Translations under genes and position numbers: made by a program
In this document: piece by piece, positions 25,001-37,688 of the stretch
How the letters are laid out: each line of letters starts with the position of its first letter
Position numbering within the stretch: position 1 is the stretch's first letter
The notes under the pieces: model-generated
What the model saw: only the letters and a program-made list of their open reading frames with translations
The model's database searches: none
Told to the model about the DNA's origin: nothing
DNA from: Octopus sinensis
Taxonomy: Eukaryota
Length of the DNA: 64,000 nucleotides
NCBI RefSeq assembly: GCF_006345805.1
Contig: NW_021832432.1
Span: 558,001 to 622,000 of the forward strand
Direction of reading: 5' to 3'

Positions 25001-26207
25001 CACAAATATAACAGCAACATGTATGTGTGTACATATGTGTATTTATGTGTGTGTATAAGAAGAGGAGTGTAATTTACATGAGAGAGGGAGAGAGTGAAGG
25101 AGGGAGAGAGAAATAGCAACTGATTGAATGAACAATTGATTCAGAATTCTGAGAAATAATATATATTGTCTTCTATTTGCTGTTAATTATTTACTTGTCA
25201 TTGTTGTTCAAATGGCTGTTATCATAATTGTTGTTGTTGTTGTTGTTGTTATCATATATATTATCAGTTCATATACGGAAATAATTTTTCTATCTTTTTT
25301 TTTCTTTTTTTGTTAACCTCCAACGTGAATATTTATGGGTTTAAAGATTGGAAAAAGTCCTTCAGTTCTAAGCAGCATTTTCAATCAGTCCTTCAGGAAT
25401 TGATTATGACATTTTTAGACTCACAGAAAGAAAAAAGAGAAAGAGAGCCCCAATCTATTATATACTTATATTTATGTAATTGTTTATCTATTTGTTTATT
25501 ATTTTTGTTTCTGTGGCTGTCATAGAACATTACTTATTTCCACTGCAATGAAATAATGCAATTTTGGTACCAGTTAAGATTGGATTATTAAGAGTAAAGG
25601 CATTATTATTCAAATGAAATTATGATTATGATTATTGTTATTGTTGTTGTTGTCATTGTTGTCGTCGTCGTCCTCCTCCTCATCATCATCATCACTCTCA
25701 TCATCATCTTCATTATTATTATTATTATTATTATTATTGTTATTATCATTATTTTCATTATTGTTCATTTTTATCTTTGTTATTTTAGGAATACACTCAT
25801 ATATACACTATATACATTCATTTATAAGAGAGTGTGTGTGTATATGCATATGCATGTATGTGTGTGTAAGTGTGTCTGTATACTTTTATGCATGTATGTG
25901 TGTGTAAGTGTGTCTGTATACTTTTATGCATGTGTGTGTGTCTATATGTATATGCATGAATGTGCATATACATATACTCATGTGTGTGTGTATATATATA
26001 TATATGCATGTGTGTGTGTGTTTGTATATGTATGAGTGTGTATATGTATACAAATGTGTGTATGTGTGTCTATATACACATATGCATATACGTGTGTGTG
26101 TACGTGCCTGTATGTAATTGAAATGATTATTAAGATACAGCAGCAGCAACAACAACAACAACAACAACAATAATATTAATAATAATATTAATAATAATAA
26201 TAATAAC

Positions 26208-26242
<35 letters not shown>

Positions 26243-26246
<4 letters not shown>

Positions 26247-26545
26247 GATCTGGAAATGGAGGTAACTTAAATGTGGAGTCTAAAAACAGAAACAATTCCT
26301 AGGTGCATTAGGTATGGTAAAAAAATATTCAGAAAAATGCATAACAAAAATACCAGGACTTACAAATATATATAACATACAGAAAATAGCACTACTAGGC
26401 ACCACACACATCTGATGTAAAACACTTTCAATACAGTAAAAACAAAAGCATCGCAACAAACCACAGCACATACCCAAAGGACACAGAGCTGTGCTTTGTA
26501 GTGCAGTGAAAGCACATGATTAAAATAAGACTACTGAGTAATAAT
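26243..26545 (+). pseudogene. R4/Dong-like REL LINE 3' end flanked by (AAT)n
   Basis: KDLEMEVT*MWSLKTETIP..GALGMVKK...IQKIALLGTTHI; AAT repeats on both sides. Confidence 0.75.
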
Positions 26546-27299
26546 AATCTTTTCTGTATTAGCCCAAGTGCCCAAGGATATACAAAAAACATGAAACTTT
26601 AAAAAAAAGGAGCATTTTACCATTTGTGTCAAGAGAAAATAAAAGATGTGTTTTACCTTTGGTGGTGAATTTGTCATTAAAGGGGCAAGACTATTTACTT
26701 GCTAATTTAGCAAACTGTGTTTGAGTGCAACCAAATGCACCAGTAAGAATTTTTTGGTGGTGAAAGGCAATAATATTTTGAGAATATTATCTTTCTTTAA
26801 GCTTCATATAATGTCTAAATTTTAATTTTACTAGCAATCACTCTTTTGCATGTTGTTTATATTCTATGTGCAAGGATATATGTGTATGCGTGTGTGTGTG
26901 TGTGTGTGAGTATATATGTATATATGTATTATGTGTGTATATATATATGCATATATTTGTGTATATATATGTGTATATATATATATATGTATGTATATAT
27001 ATATATATGTATATATATATAGATATATATGTATAGATGTATATGTATAGATGCTTATGTATAGATGTATATGTATATATGTATATATGTATATATATAT
27101 GTGTATATATATATACATGTATATATATACATATATATATATATATGTATTTATATGTATATATGTATATATATATATATATATGTTTGTATATTTATGT
27201 ATAAATATATGTATGCATGTATATATTTGTATATATATGTGTATATATATATATATTTATGTATATATATATATATTCATATATATACTTATATATGGT

Positions 27300-27520
27300 T
27301 AATCCAAACATGAAAACAAAGAGAAAACACAACAATGCAAGGATGTGGAAGAAGTATAGTATTATTGGACGCTCAGGAAAGAAGGAAAGAAGGAGGGTTT
27401 AACGTTTTGAGTGGAGCTCTTTGTCAGAAACATAGGAAAAGGAAAGATCCAAAGAAAGGAAGACGGAGGAAAAAAATTGCCAACAGTACACACACGGTGA
27501 CATTTTGAATGACCGGAAGG
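27300..27520 (-). mobile_element. Short (TA)n-embedded element with decayed hammerhead-like motif (27397-27431)
   Basis: Minus: GTTT CTGACAA AGAG CTCCA CTC AAAA CGT T AAAC; second copy at 53005-53145. Confidence 0.65.
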
Positions 27521-27553
27521 GAATGGGTGAAGATGTATGTATATATATGTATA

Positions 27554-27615
<62 letters not shown>

Positions 27616-27699
27616 TGTTTGTATATATATGATATGTGTGTATGTGTGTGTGTGTATGTATGTATATATATGTGTGTGTGTATGTATATATATGTGTGT

Positions 27700-27890
27700 G
27701 TGTGTGTTTCTGTGTCCATGTTTGTACTTCCACCATTGCTTGACAACCGATGTTGCTGTAATTATGTCCCCGCAACTTAGCGGTTTAGCAAAACATACTG
27801 ATTGAATAAATCCTGGGGCCGATTTCTTCAACTAAAGGCAGTGCACCAGCAGGGCTGCGGTCACATGACCGAAACAAATAACACAATAAA
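27700..27890 (+). mobile_element. SINE family A, 3' half
   Basis: TTGCTTGACAACCGATG...GGCAGTGCACCAGCAGGGCTGCGGTCACATGACCGAAAC. Confidence 0.75.
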
Positions 27891-27936
27891 AAACTATGCC
27901 ATTTTAATCCCGAGCAACACCCTATATCTCTGCTAG

Positions 27937-28015
<79 letters not shown>

Positions 28016-28035
28016 GTATATGTATATATATATAT

Positions 28036-28281
28036 ACCGGAGTAAACACATAAATGTGAAACAAGGTGGAAAAAAAGAGTACTCAAATACCAGAGGTAGA
28101 GTAATATGCTTTATTTAACAAAACTCTCCGACGAACGGGAATGTGAAACTCCGAGTAACAGGTTTTGTTGAATTTCTGCTGCTTTTAAATAAAGTATATA
28201 TATATATATATATATATACTTTATTTAAAAGCAGCAGAAATTCAACAAAACCTGTTACTCGGAGTTTCACATTCCCGTTCG

Positions 28282-28285
<4 letters not shown>
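28036..28285 (+). mobile_element. (TA)n-embedded element with hammerhead-like motif (28120-28166) and inverted partial copy
   Basis: AAAACTCT CCGACGA AC GGGAAT GT GAAA CTCCGAG TA ACAGGTTTT; perfect ~65-bp inverted repeat 28132-28197 / 28218-28282. Confidence 0.7.
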
Positions 28286-28319
<34 letters not shown>

Positions 28320-28326
28320 ATATATA

Positions 28327-28407
<81 letters not shown>

Positions 28408-28899
28408 TAATATATATATATATAAGTGCTTCCTTTTCATGTTCTCTTAAAATGTTAAACAGTTTCCATCCTCCCCCACGTATAATTTTGTATACAACTA
28501 CCACCACCACCACCACCACCACCACCCCTCCATCTTGTCTCACACACATGGTAGTTATATTACATTTATGTCAACAATAAGATGGTGGATTCAAAATACA
28601 GCTTGTGGTTTTCTAGTTTTTCTTATCTAACCTCTTCAGTTTCCTTTAAATTCCAATTTATTATGTTGAATCTGTTGATTGACTGTGATAGCTATTGTAT
28701 TTATACCTATTACTGTTCATTTTTTGTTTTCTATTGTTTTTTTTTTTTGGTATTAAGTCTGTTCTTTAATATTATCCTTTTTCCCAATTCATTTTTTTTT
28801 CACAGATTTTCTCTTTCCTTGGCATAGTTTTATTTTTTATCTTCATGTTTCCTGTACATTTAATATTGTTATGCCAGATTTTTTGGTTATTGTTATTAG

Positions 28900-29175
28900 T
28901 AGCGTTATCATTATTAATATCATTATTATTATTATCATCATCATCATCATCATCATCATCATTATTATTATTATTATTGTTGTTGTTGTTGTTAATAGTG
29001 GCGGTCGTGTTGGTGCTGGTTAAAGTTGTGGTGGTGGTAGTAGTGTTGGTCTAGTTGTTGTTGTTGTTGTTGCTGGTGGTGGTGGTTGTCATCATTGTTG
29101 TTGCCGTTGTTGTCATGGTGGGGAATGATGATAGTAGTAATTATAGTAGTCGTTGTAGTAGTAGCAATAGTCGTA

Positions 29176-29213
<38 letters not shown>

Positions 29214-29230
29214 AGTAGTAGCAGTAGCAA
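28900..29230. repeat. Trinucleotide low-complexity tract (ATT/ATC/GTT/GGT/AGT)
   Basis: Direct reading. Confidence 0.9.
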
Positions 29231-29769
29231 TGCTGTTCTAATCATTTTGCATTAGATATTTTCAATTTTATATACTTTGTTGCATTTTACATTCCATCTG
29301 AGAGACAAGTGAAGTGAAAAATCATGGCTTTATTAGTTTGAAATTTATAAAAGCTTCTAAAGAGAAAAACTGCAAAATAATTTTGTAACTTTCCCAAATG
29401 CATTCAGCATTTTTGCTATAATAATTGGAATATTTTGGTTCATGTAGTCTAATCTTCTGACTATGGAGCCTGGTAGTGTTGAATGGTGAAGAAGTTTGTT
29501 TGATAATCATGTGGTTTTAGGTTCAATCTGATTGCATGGCATCATGGGGTTGATATACTATAGTCTTGGAGTGGGGGGTCGTCTCAATCCTTGTGTTTGA
29601 AATTGTGTATGTGTGGGTGTGTGCATGTGTGTGTGTGTGGCAGTAATTGAGTGTGTGTTGTGCATGTGGTGGTAGTATATTTGCATATTCATACTCAATA
29701 TATTTTTGTTTAGTACTGCCATTTTTGGTGCACATGACTAAATATGTATACACATTTATACATTCCCCA

Positions 29770-30350
29770 CAGTTATATAAGAGAAAGAATATTGTGTTTT
29801 TCAACTGGTTTCACTTTTGCTAATCATGACATTGAAATTTCATATTTTCTTAAGAAGATTTTAGTCTGTGTTGTGTATGTGGGTTTGTGAATGAAATGAA
29901 ACAACAAGTAGAAAAATCTAAGGGGAGGAAATTGGGATCAATATCATTTGGGACAGGGGAAGTAATTGCTCATATTTTGGGGAGGGGGTAAATAAATATA
30001 TAAAATCTCAAAAGCTAAACACACCTAAATATGAATGCATAACCAACTTTGAGCTCAGTATATATTTTAATTCATGCTCACATGCACATTACTGTAAATA
30101 TTTCATCTCACTACTTTAGCTTTGAGGTTTTGTATATTGATTTACCCCCTCACCCCAAATGAACAGTTACCTCCTCAATTAGTTCCTCTTAGATTTTTCT
30201 ACCTATTGATTTTTTTCATTTACAAACCCCATGCACAACATGGACTAAAATCTTCTGTAAGATAATATGAAATTACAATAATTTCAATGTCATGATTAGC
30301 GAATGTGAAACCAGTAAACAAACACAATATTCTTTCACTTATAAAATATA
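29770..30350. mobile_element. Large foldback element/MITE, ~250-bp imperfect arms
   Basis: GAAAGAATATTGTG...GCTAATCATGACATTGAAATT vs AATTTCAATGTCATGATTAGC...CACAATATTCTTTC. Confidence 0.75.
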
Positions 30351-30588
30351 TTAAAAAATATATTAAAACTATGTAAACTGTGTGCAGTTTCCTTCTTTTA
30401 TTTTATATATATATATATATAAATAAAGAGAGAGAAAGTGGGGAGAGAGAGAGAGAGAGAGAGAGTGAAAGAAAGTGAGAGAGAGAGAGAGAGAAAGAAA
30501 GAAATATCCATGCATATAAATAAATATATATATATATATATATCATCATCATCTTCATCACAACATTGCACACATACATATGCATATA

Positions 30589-30630
<42 letters not shown>

Positions 30631-30631
30631 G

Positions 30632-30665
<34 letters not shown>

Positions 30666-31719
30666 CATATATTCCTGATTCATATTAAATAGTAATATAT
30701 ATCTGGAGCATAACAGATGAGTGAACATATCAGTCTCTCCTGATAGAATGATTGCTCATATCCTGATACTCATAGCTGTTTAGTGCCCATGGCCTAAACA
30801 TTTAACTCTTGTCACTTCATTCTAGCTGATTAATTCAATCAACTATACCCTCCAACAGCAAGTTTGCAGCCTTGAGTCATGTTAAGAAGAACAGATACAC
30901 CAGAGTGGCTCATGGAATTTTGGTTCAATAATTACCATTTTGTTCTGTTGGAAACAGGCCAAATGGATTCTTATTAATAGATTCTTCCTTTTTACTATAG
31001 ACGCTTGAGAAATAAATCTCTTCAAACTCATTGAATACTATAAATATGTACCATTTGATAGGTACTATTCACTGTTATAGCACCAAATGTACCATTGAAT
31101 ATTTAATGTAATGTTTCACTGATGTGAACTCAGATGTTCAAGTTTTCATGTGAGTGCGGAAGAGCTAACAGAAACTTATTATCCCTCTTGTTAGTTCTTG
31201 TTGACATGGTCTTTAAAATATCAAATGATGTAGAAAAACGGTCACTTTTATTAGTTGCTGTTGTTGATGTGGTTGTTGTTGTTGTTGTTGTTGTTGGTGT
31301 TGATGCTGTTGTTGTTTTGCTCTTGGTCGGGTTTTACTCTTGGGTTTGCCAGTGTCAGGTTGCATCACAGTGCTACTGGAACATGTAACCAAGTACGATC
31401 TGTTGCCTGATTGGGTTGTTGGAAACTAAACTGGCAACCCCACCAAGCTTGCTTGGTGAGGAGAATGATTTTTGGACTCCCCACAAGACTAAAAACAAAA
31501 CCCAACAAAGGGTGGAAGAACACATGATAGTCAACGGCCATCCAATAATGTGTAAATATATATGCATACATACATACATACATACATACATACATACATA
31601 CATACATACATACATACATACATACATACATGCATACATACATGCATGCATACATACATACATACATACATATCTACATACATACATACATACATACGTA
31701 TGTACATACATACATACAT

Positions 31720-32016
31720 ACGAGGGTGAGTCAAAAAGTAATGCCATTTTGTTTAGGACAGGTATAAGTACCAACACAAGAACATGTATCATACATCAAA
31801 AGGAAGCTGGTCCTCTGTGGATCACATCCCTACTTCTTAACATAGTTACCGTTTCTCTCAATAGTGATGTTACACCTTCAAATGAGAGCATGTAACCCTG
31901 CTCCGTAAAATTCTATTGACTGTTCTTTGAGCCACTTCTTCACTACAGTTTTCACTTCCACGTCACTGGAATAATGTTTGCCTCTCAAACCCTCTTTCAT
32001 GGGGCCAAAGAAAGTT
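31720..32016 (-). pseudogene. Mariner 3' end with TIR
   Basis: TIR TACGAGGGTGAGTCAAAAAGT; minus frame FFGPMKEGLRGKHYSSDVEVKTVVKKWLKEQSIEFY. Confidence 0.85.
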
Positions 32017-32282
32017 TCTTGACAACTGATGTTGGTGTGTTTACGTCTCCGTAACTTAGAGGTTCAGCAAAAGAGACCAATAGAATAAGTACTAGACTCA
32101 CAGAGAAAAGGTCCTGGGGTCGATTTGTTCAACTAAAGGCGGTGCTCCAGCATAGCAGCAGCCAAATGATTGAAAGAAATAAAATAATAAAAGAATAAAA
32201 ACAGACAAATATTAAAATATTACTATTATTATAGATTAGTAATATTTTAATGTTTGTCTCTGTTTTGATTGTTATAGATTGT

Positions 32283-32620
32283 GAAGGCACATGGCTCAGT
32301 GGTTAGAGTATTGAGCTTACGATTGTGAGGTTGTGAGGTTCAAATCCCGGACCGGGCTGCATGTTGTGTTCTTGAGCAAGACACTTTATTTCGCGTTGCT
32401 CCAGTTCACTCAGCTGTAGAAATGAGTTGCAACATCACAGGTGCCAAACTGTATGGGCCTTTGCCTTTCCCTTGGATAACACTGGTGGCATGGAGAGAGG
32501 AGGCTGGTATGCATGGGCGGACTGCTAGTCTTCCATAAACAACCTTACCCGGACATATGCCTAGGAGGGTAACTTTCTAGGTGCAGTCCCATTGTCATTC
32601 ATGACTGAAGCGGGGGGGGG
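32283..32620 (+). mobile_element. SINE family C
   Basis: A-box GGCTCAGTGGTTAGAG, B-box GGTTCAAATCCC, CTTGAGCAAGACACTT core. Confidence 0.88.
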
Positions 32621-33677
32621 TCTCAGCAGCAGCCTTATTATCAATAAGATGAACTTGACTGACAAGCAGCGTAAGGCAGAAATATGCCCTAGATAGAGTA
32701 AGTTCACACTCCAGAGTTGACTCAATGTGGCAACTACTACTTAGTAATATTTCCGATGACCAGACGAAAAGATGTGGAAATTGTAAGGAAGCTTTGTCAA
32801 ATAAAGAAGATAAATAAGTTGTTGACTGTTCTTTGAGCCACTTCTTCACTACAGTTTTCACTTCCACATCACTGGAATAATGTTTGCCTCTCAAACCCTC
32901 TTTCATGGGGCCAAAGAAAGTTGGCCCCATGAGCTTAGTTTAGAGCACAAACACTTTACTTTATCATATCAAAACTAATTAACTTTTAATACTGCTTATG
33001 TAGATCCTCGACTTGCCAATATGCTCGTATGTGTTTGCTCACATCTCATGAAATACATTATTAACTTTGCTAACTTACGTACGACAGGAATTTATTACGA
33101 CATATCTCATTTCTCTTCTCCTTAATAACTCCAATAAAACTGTAGAAAACTCTTAAAAGTTATAAATGTTAGTATAAGCAGACTCTTTCATTACCATGTA
33201 TGTGCGTTGAGCCACATACAGGATAGAGCAATTCGAGAACTTTAAAAGTGTTAATTTGCGAGAGCTGAGTGTTGGCCTCTATAAATCACACTCTTTGTTT
33301 ACATATCTTTGTGCAACTATGAAGTTAGCTTAATAATCATATTACAAGGTGTCAAAAATACAATAAATGCGAATGCAATTAGAAAGTATTACATAAATCA
33401 GCGATAATATATTTGTAAAATGTCATAGTAAAACGCACCTTTTTATGGGTTTCTTTCTACTTGAAGAAACTTGTTTATAGTTTCTATATCAGCATTTAGT
33501 AACATAACTAACCAATAGACTTCTTCATTATCATTAACTTGCATTGCTAATCAGTCTGGTACACCATTTACTGGTTTTAGTTATTAGACTCTGGTCACAC
33601 AGGATCATTGCGTTTAAGTCTTCAGTCAATTATATCAATTTTAGTCTCATATTTATTTTGTTGAATGACTAAGTCTT

Positions 33678-34293
33678 AAGGCGGTGTGCTGGCAGAAGCG
33701 TTAGCACACCAGGCAAAATGCTTAGCGGTATTTCGTCTGCTGTTACATTCTGAGTTCAAATTCCGCTGAGGTCGACTTTGCCTTTCATCCTTTCAGGATC
33801 AATAAATTAAGTATCAGTTATGTACTGGGGTCGATGTAATTGACTTAATCCAGTTGTCTGTCCTTGTTTGTCCTCTCTGTGTTTAGCCACTTGTGGGTAG
33901 TAAAGAAATAGGTATTTCGTCTGCTGTTACATTCTGAGTTCAAATTCTACCGTGGTCGACTTTGCCTTTCATCCTTTCGGGGTCAATAAATTAAGTATCA
34001 GTTATGTACTGGGGTTGATGTAATTGACTTAATCCAGTTGTCTGTCCTTGTTTGTCCCCTCTATGTTTAGCCCCTTGTGGGCAATAAAGAAATAAGAAGC
34101 GTTAGCATGCTGGGCAAAATGCTTAGCAGTATTTCATCTGTCTTTACATTCGCAGTTCAAATTCCGCTGAAGTGACTTTGCCTTTCGTCCTTTCGGGGTC
34201 GATAACTTAAGTACCATTTGTTTACTGGGGTTGATCTAATCGACTGGTTCCCCCCCCCAAGTTTCGGGCCTTGTGCCTAGAGTAGAAAAGAAT
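33678..34293 (+). mobile_element. SINE family B trimer
   Basis: Head-core-tail1, core-tail1, head'-core-tail2. Confidence 0.9.
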
Positions 34294-34649
34294 GACTAAA
34301 TCTTAGCAGAATTACATCCTTTTACAGATATAAGTACAAATGTGTCTCCAATTCATTTAGAGATGCAGTTTTGAGCTGCGTGATTCAGAAGTTTACTTTG
34401 CAGCCATATGGTTTCAAGTTCAAACTCACCACACAGCACCTTGGGCAAGTGTCTTCTGCTATAGACCCAGACCACCGAAAGTTTAGTGAGTGCATTTGGT
34501 AGATGGAAACTGAATAAATGCTATTTGTTTCAGTCATTTGACTGTGACCATGCTGGGGCACTATGTGTGTGTGTGGATATACATGTGTGTCTGTGTCTCT
34601 TTGTCTTGACATTAAGTACTTTATTTATTAATGTAAATAAATAGGAAAA

Positions 34650-35135
34650 GTACTTGGCCAAAAAGAAGCCATTGTACTTAGCCTTCATCAACCTGGAGAA
34701 AGCTTTCAACAGAGTTACTCACTGTGTTATATGGTGGTCTCTAAGGAAATTAGGAGTAGAGGAGTGGCTTGTTAGTGCTGTACAAGACATGTACAGTCGT
34801 GCAGTCAGTAAGGTGAGAGTCAGCCATAAATACAGTGATGAATTAAGTACACAGGTAAGGGTTCACCAGGGCTCAATTCTCAGGCCACTCTTATTCATTG
34901 TAGTCTTCCAGGACATAACAGAGGAATTCAATACTGGGTGCCCGTGGGAACTACTAGATGCTGGTGACCTTGCTCTTATTGCAGAATCTTTAGCAGAATT
35001 GGAGAAGAAATTCCAGGTATGGGAACAAAACCTGGGATCAAAGGGCCTTAAAATTAACCTAGCAAAGACCAAAGTTGTTAGTAACAAAAAAGATAAAACT
35101 TTCTTTCCATCAGGTAAATGGCCCTGCTCAATATA
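34650..35135 (+). pseudogene. RTE LINE reverse transcriptase fragment
   Basis: KPLYLAFINLEKAFNRV, VHQGSILRPLLFIVV, ELLDAGDL (YADD decayed), GLKINLAKTKV. Confidence 0.9.
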
Positions 35136-35163
35136 GTTGGCTACTATATATATATATATATAT

Positions 35164-37688
35164 ATATTACTCAAAGAAATTCCAACTTTGATTTTTATGT
35201 TTTATTTACAATCTTATAATGATATAATATAATATAATATAATATAATATAATATAATATAACATAATATAATATAATATAATATAATATAATTAAATGA
35301 TAGAATATTAAATGTCCATTCTGATTGAACTAGTACTTTCATGCATTAAATTATGCAATCTTCAGGTTCATGTAGTAATAGTGACAGTTATGTTTTACAA
35401 TTTACAACTGTAGTGAGTTGGCTAAAATGTGTGCCTTGAATACATTTGTATAGGCTCCAGTTTATGCAAACTCTTTAATAGGATACTTAGAACAACAACT
35501 CTACCAAGAAGTAGAGGAAACTATAGCATTGAATTTAGAAAGTATATTGAAAAGGCATGGAAGAGATACCTTGATGATTGCTTCATAATCTGGACAGAAT
35601 CTCTAAATACTCTGGAAGAGTTCAGTGTCCTCCTAAACAATGTACACCCATCTCTCCAATTTACAAAGGAGATGAATAGTACCAAATTACTTTTCGTAGG
35701 TATAATGGTAATTAAAATGACACTACTATTACCACAAATATATACTATAAACACACAGACACACATCCATACCTGAATTTTAAGTAGTGCCATCCACCAC
35801 ACACAAAATGCAATATCCTATGCTGCCTAGCCAGGAGAATTTGAACTAGTGTAGAAGATGCGAATATCAGGAACAAATGCCTAACAGAACTAAGAGAATT
35901 TTTGCTCAAACAAAAATACCCATCTCTACTTCTAGAAAATGGCATGCAGCAGGCTATAAAAATACCCATACAACAATTGAGGACAACCCAAAGAAGAGGA
36001 AAACAAGAACAAGTCATCCCATTCATAGTGACACACAACCCATGTCATCAGAATATCTTCAACATTGCCAAAGCAAACCAACCAATCATTGCTCTAAGTG
36101 ATGTATTAAAAGATATAATCACGGATCGAGCTATGGTTCTTAGTTAAAGACAGTCTAAAATCTTGAAAAAATTATTAACAAAGGCAAAGTTTGACCTTAG
36201 CAGCAAAGATCAATCATTCACTGTATCTAAATGCAATAATAGCCGATGTGGCACATGACAATTCATACATACTGGCCAAATGAACACAAAAGCTGGAAAA
36301 ATATTCACAAATATTCCAAATTTTGGCATTGTAAGCTACACCAATGCTAGAACGGGACGACACTGCATAGTGCCAAAGATCCCAGCAATGCCATCACGCT
36401 TCAGGACCAGCTTCTGCAACAGCCTGGGTTTCAAGGGCCCACAGCTTTTTAATATTCTCCCAAAGAGTCTGAGGAACTTGCACAAAGTAGATGTAGCGGT
36501 TTTTAAATCAAAGCTGGACATCTTCCTGTCAAGAGTCCCAGATGAGCCTACCTCACGGCATGAGGTGCAAATGAGAGTAGCTATATCAAACTCCATTCTT
36601 CACCAAGTGCCACATATTAGAGGAGGTTCATCGCAATAACAGTGTAGCACAAAATGGTGGTGCATCAGCATGGCCGCAGCTCTGAGCTGAAACTAGAACC
36701 CCCCCCCAAAAAAAAACGCAAATATTAACTGTGAAAACAGAAATTTAATTTACTACATCAAATGCCCGAATTGTGAAAAACTATATGTGGGTCAGACTGG
36801 AAATGCACTACCGGGACCTTCACGTGTGCACTGACAGCAAATTAGAGACCCAGATATCTGTCAATACCTTTGAGTGACCATCTAGCAACATGTGGTCAAA
36901 AATATTTATATTTCCATTCCACAAACTACATAGTCCAAGTGAAATTGAGAGAAAAATCAGAGAAAAGAACTTTATTGATAAATTCCAACCCAAGCTAAGT
37001 AAACAATAATAATAATACTTAGAGATACTATCTCTGTTGCTACGACCTCTACCACTAACAACAACAACAATACTAAAGGTTCTGGTGATGACGATAGCAG
37101 GAAAATACTAGCTAAGTCAAGAGAAAAGTCAGTAAAAATAATCTTATTTAGGGTTTAAAGTGCTACCACCACGAATGACAACAACAGTAAAGGTGATGAT
37201 AATGGTGATGATGATAATGGTGATCAGGATAAGTGAAATGTAAAAATCCTTGGGGAATGTTGTTTACAACATTTCTAAAAATTGCCAAGCAATTACTGCT
37301 TTGGCCAGGGTCAAAATACAAGTCTCTTGACATCTTCAACAAACCATGACGCCTAAACCAAACACTAATCAACTTAAGTACTTTAGTAAAGCTATGCACC
37401 AATTGGTCAGAATACAGTTTGCAAAACTTAACATTCTGGAGCCTATACAAATGTATTTAAGGCACGCATTTTAGCCAACTCACTACAGTTATAAACTGTA
37501 AAACATAACTGTCACTATTACTACATGAACCTGAAGATTGCATAGTTTAATGCATGAAAGTACTAGTTCAATCAGAATGGACGTTTAATATTCTATCATT
37601 TCATTATATCATATTATATTATATTATCATAAGATTGTAAATAAAACATGAAAATTAGATGAAGCTGGAATTTCTTTGAGTAATATAT
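35164..37688 (+). mobile_element. 5'-truncated Penelope-like element (RT + GIY-YIG) with ~300-bp inverted ends
   Basis: WKRYLDDCFIIW, NVHPSLQFTKE, IPFIVTHNP, NLIYYIKCPNCEKLYVGQTG (GIY-YIG-like); inverted repeats 35164-35472 / 37416-37688. Confidence 0.88.
36316..36718 (+). mobile_element. CR1-group LINE 3' end nested in the PLE
   Basis: Candidate TSD CAAATATT at 36308-36315 and 36719-36726; PNFGIVSYTNARTGRHCIVP...FKSKLDIFLSRVPDEP. Confidence 0.88.

Noticed and set aside
31330-31450. HDV-like ribozyme on the minus strand
   Set aside because: Only a P1-like helix could be drawn; no convincing P1.1, P3/L3 or J4/2.
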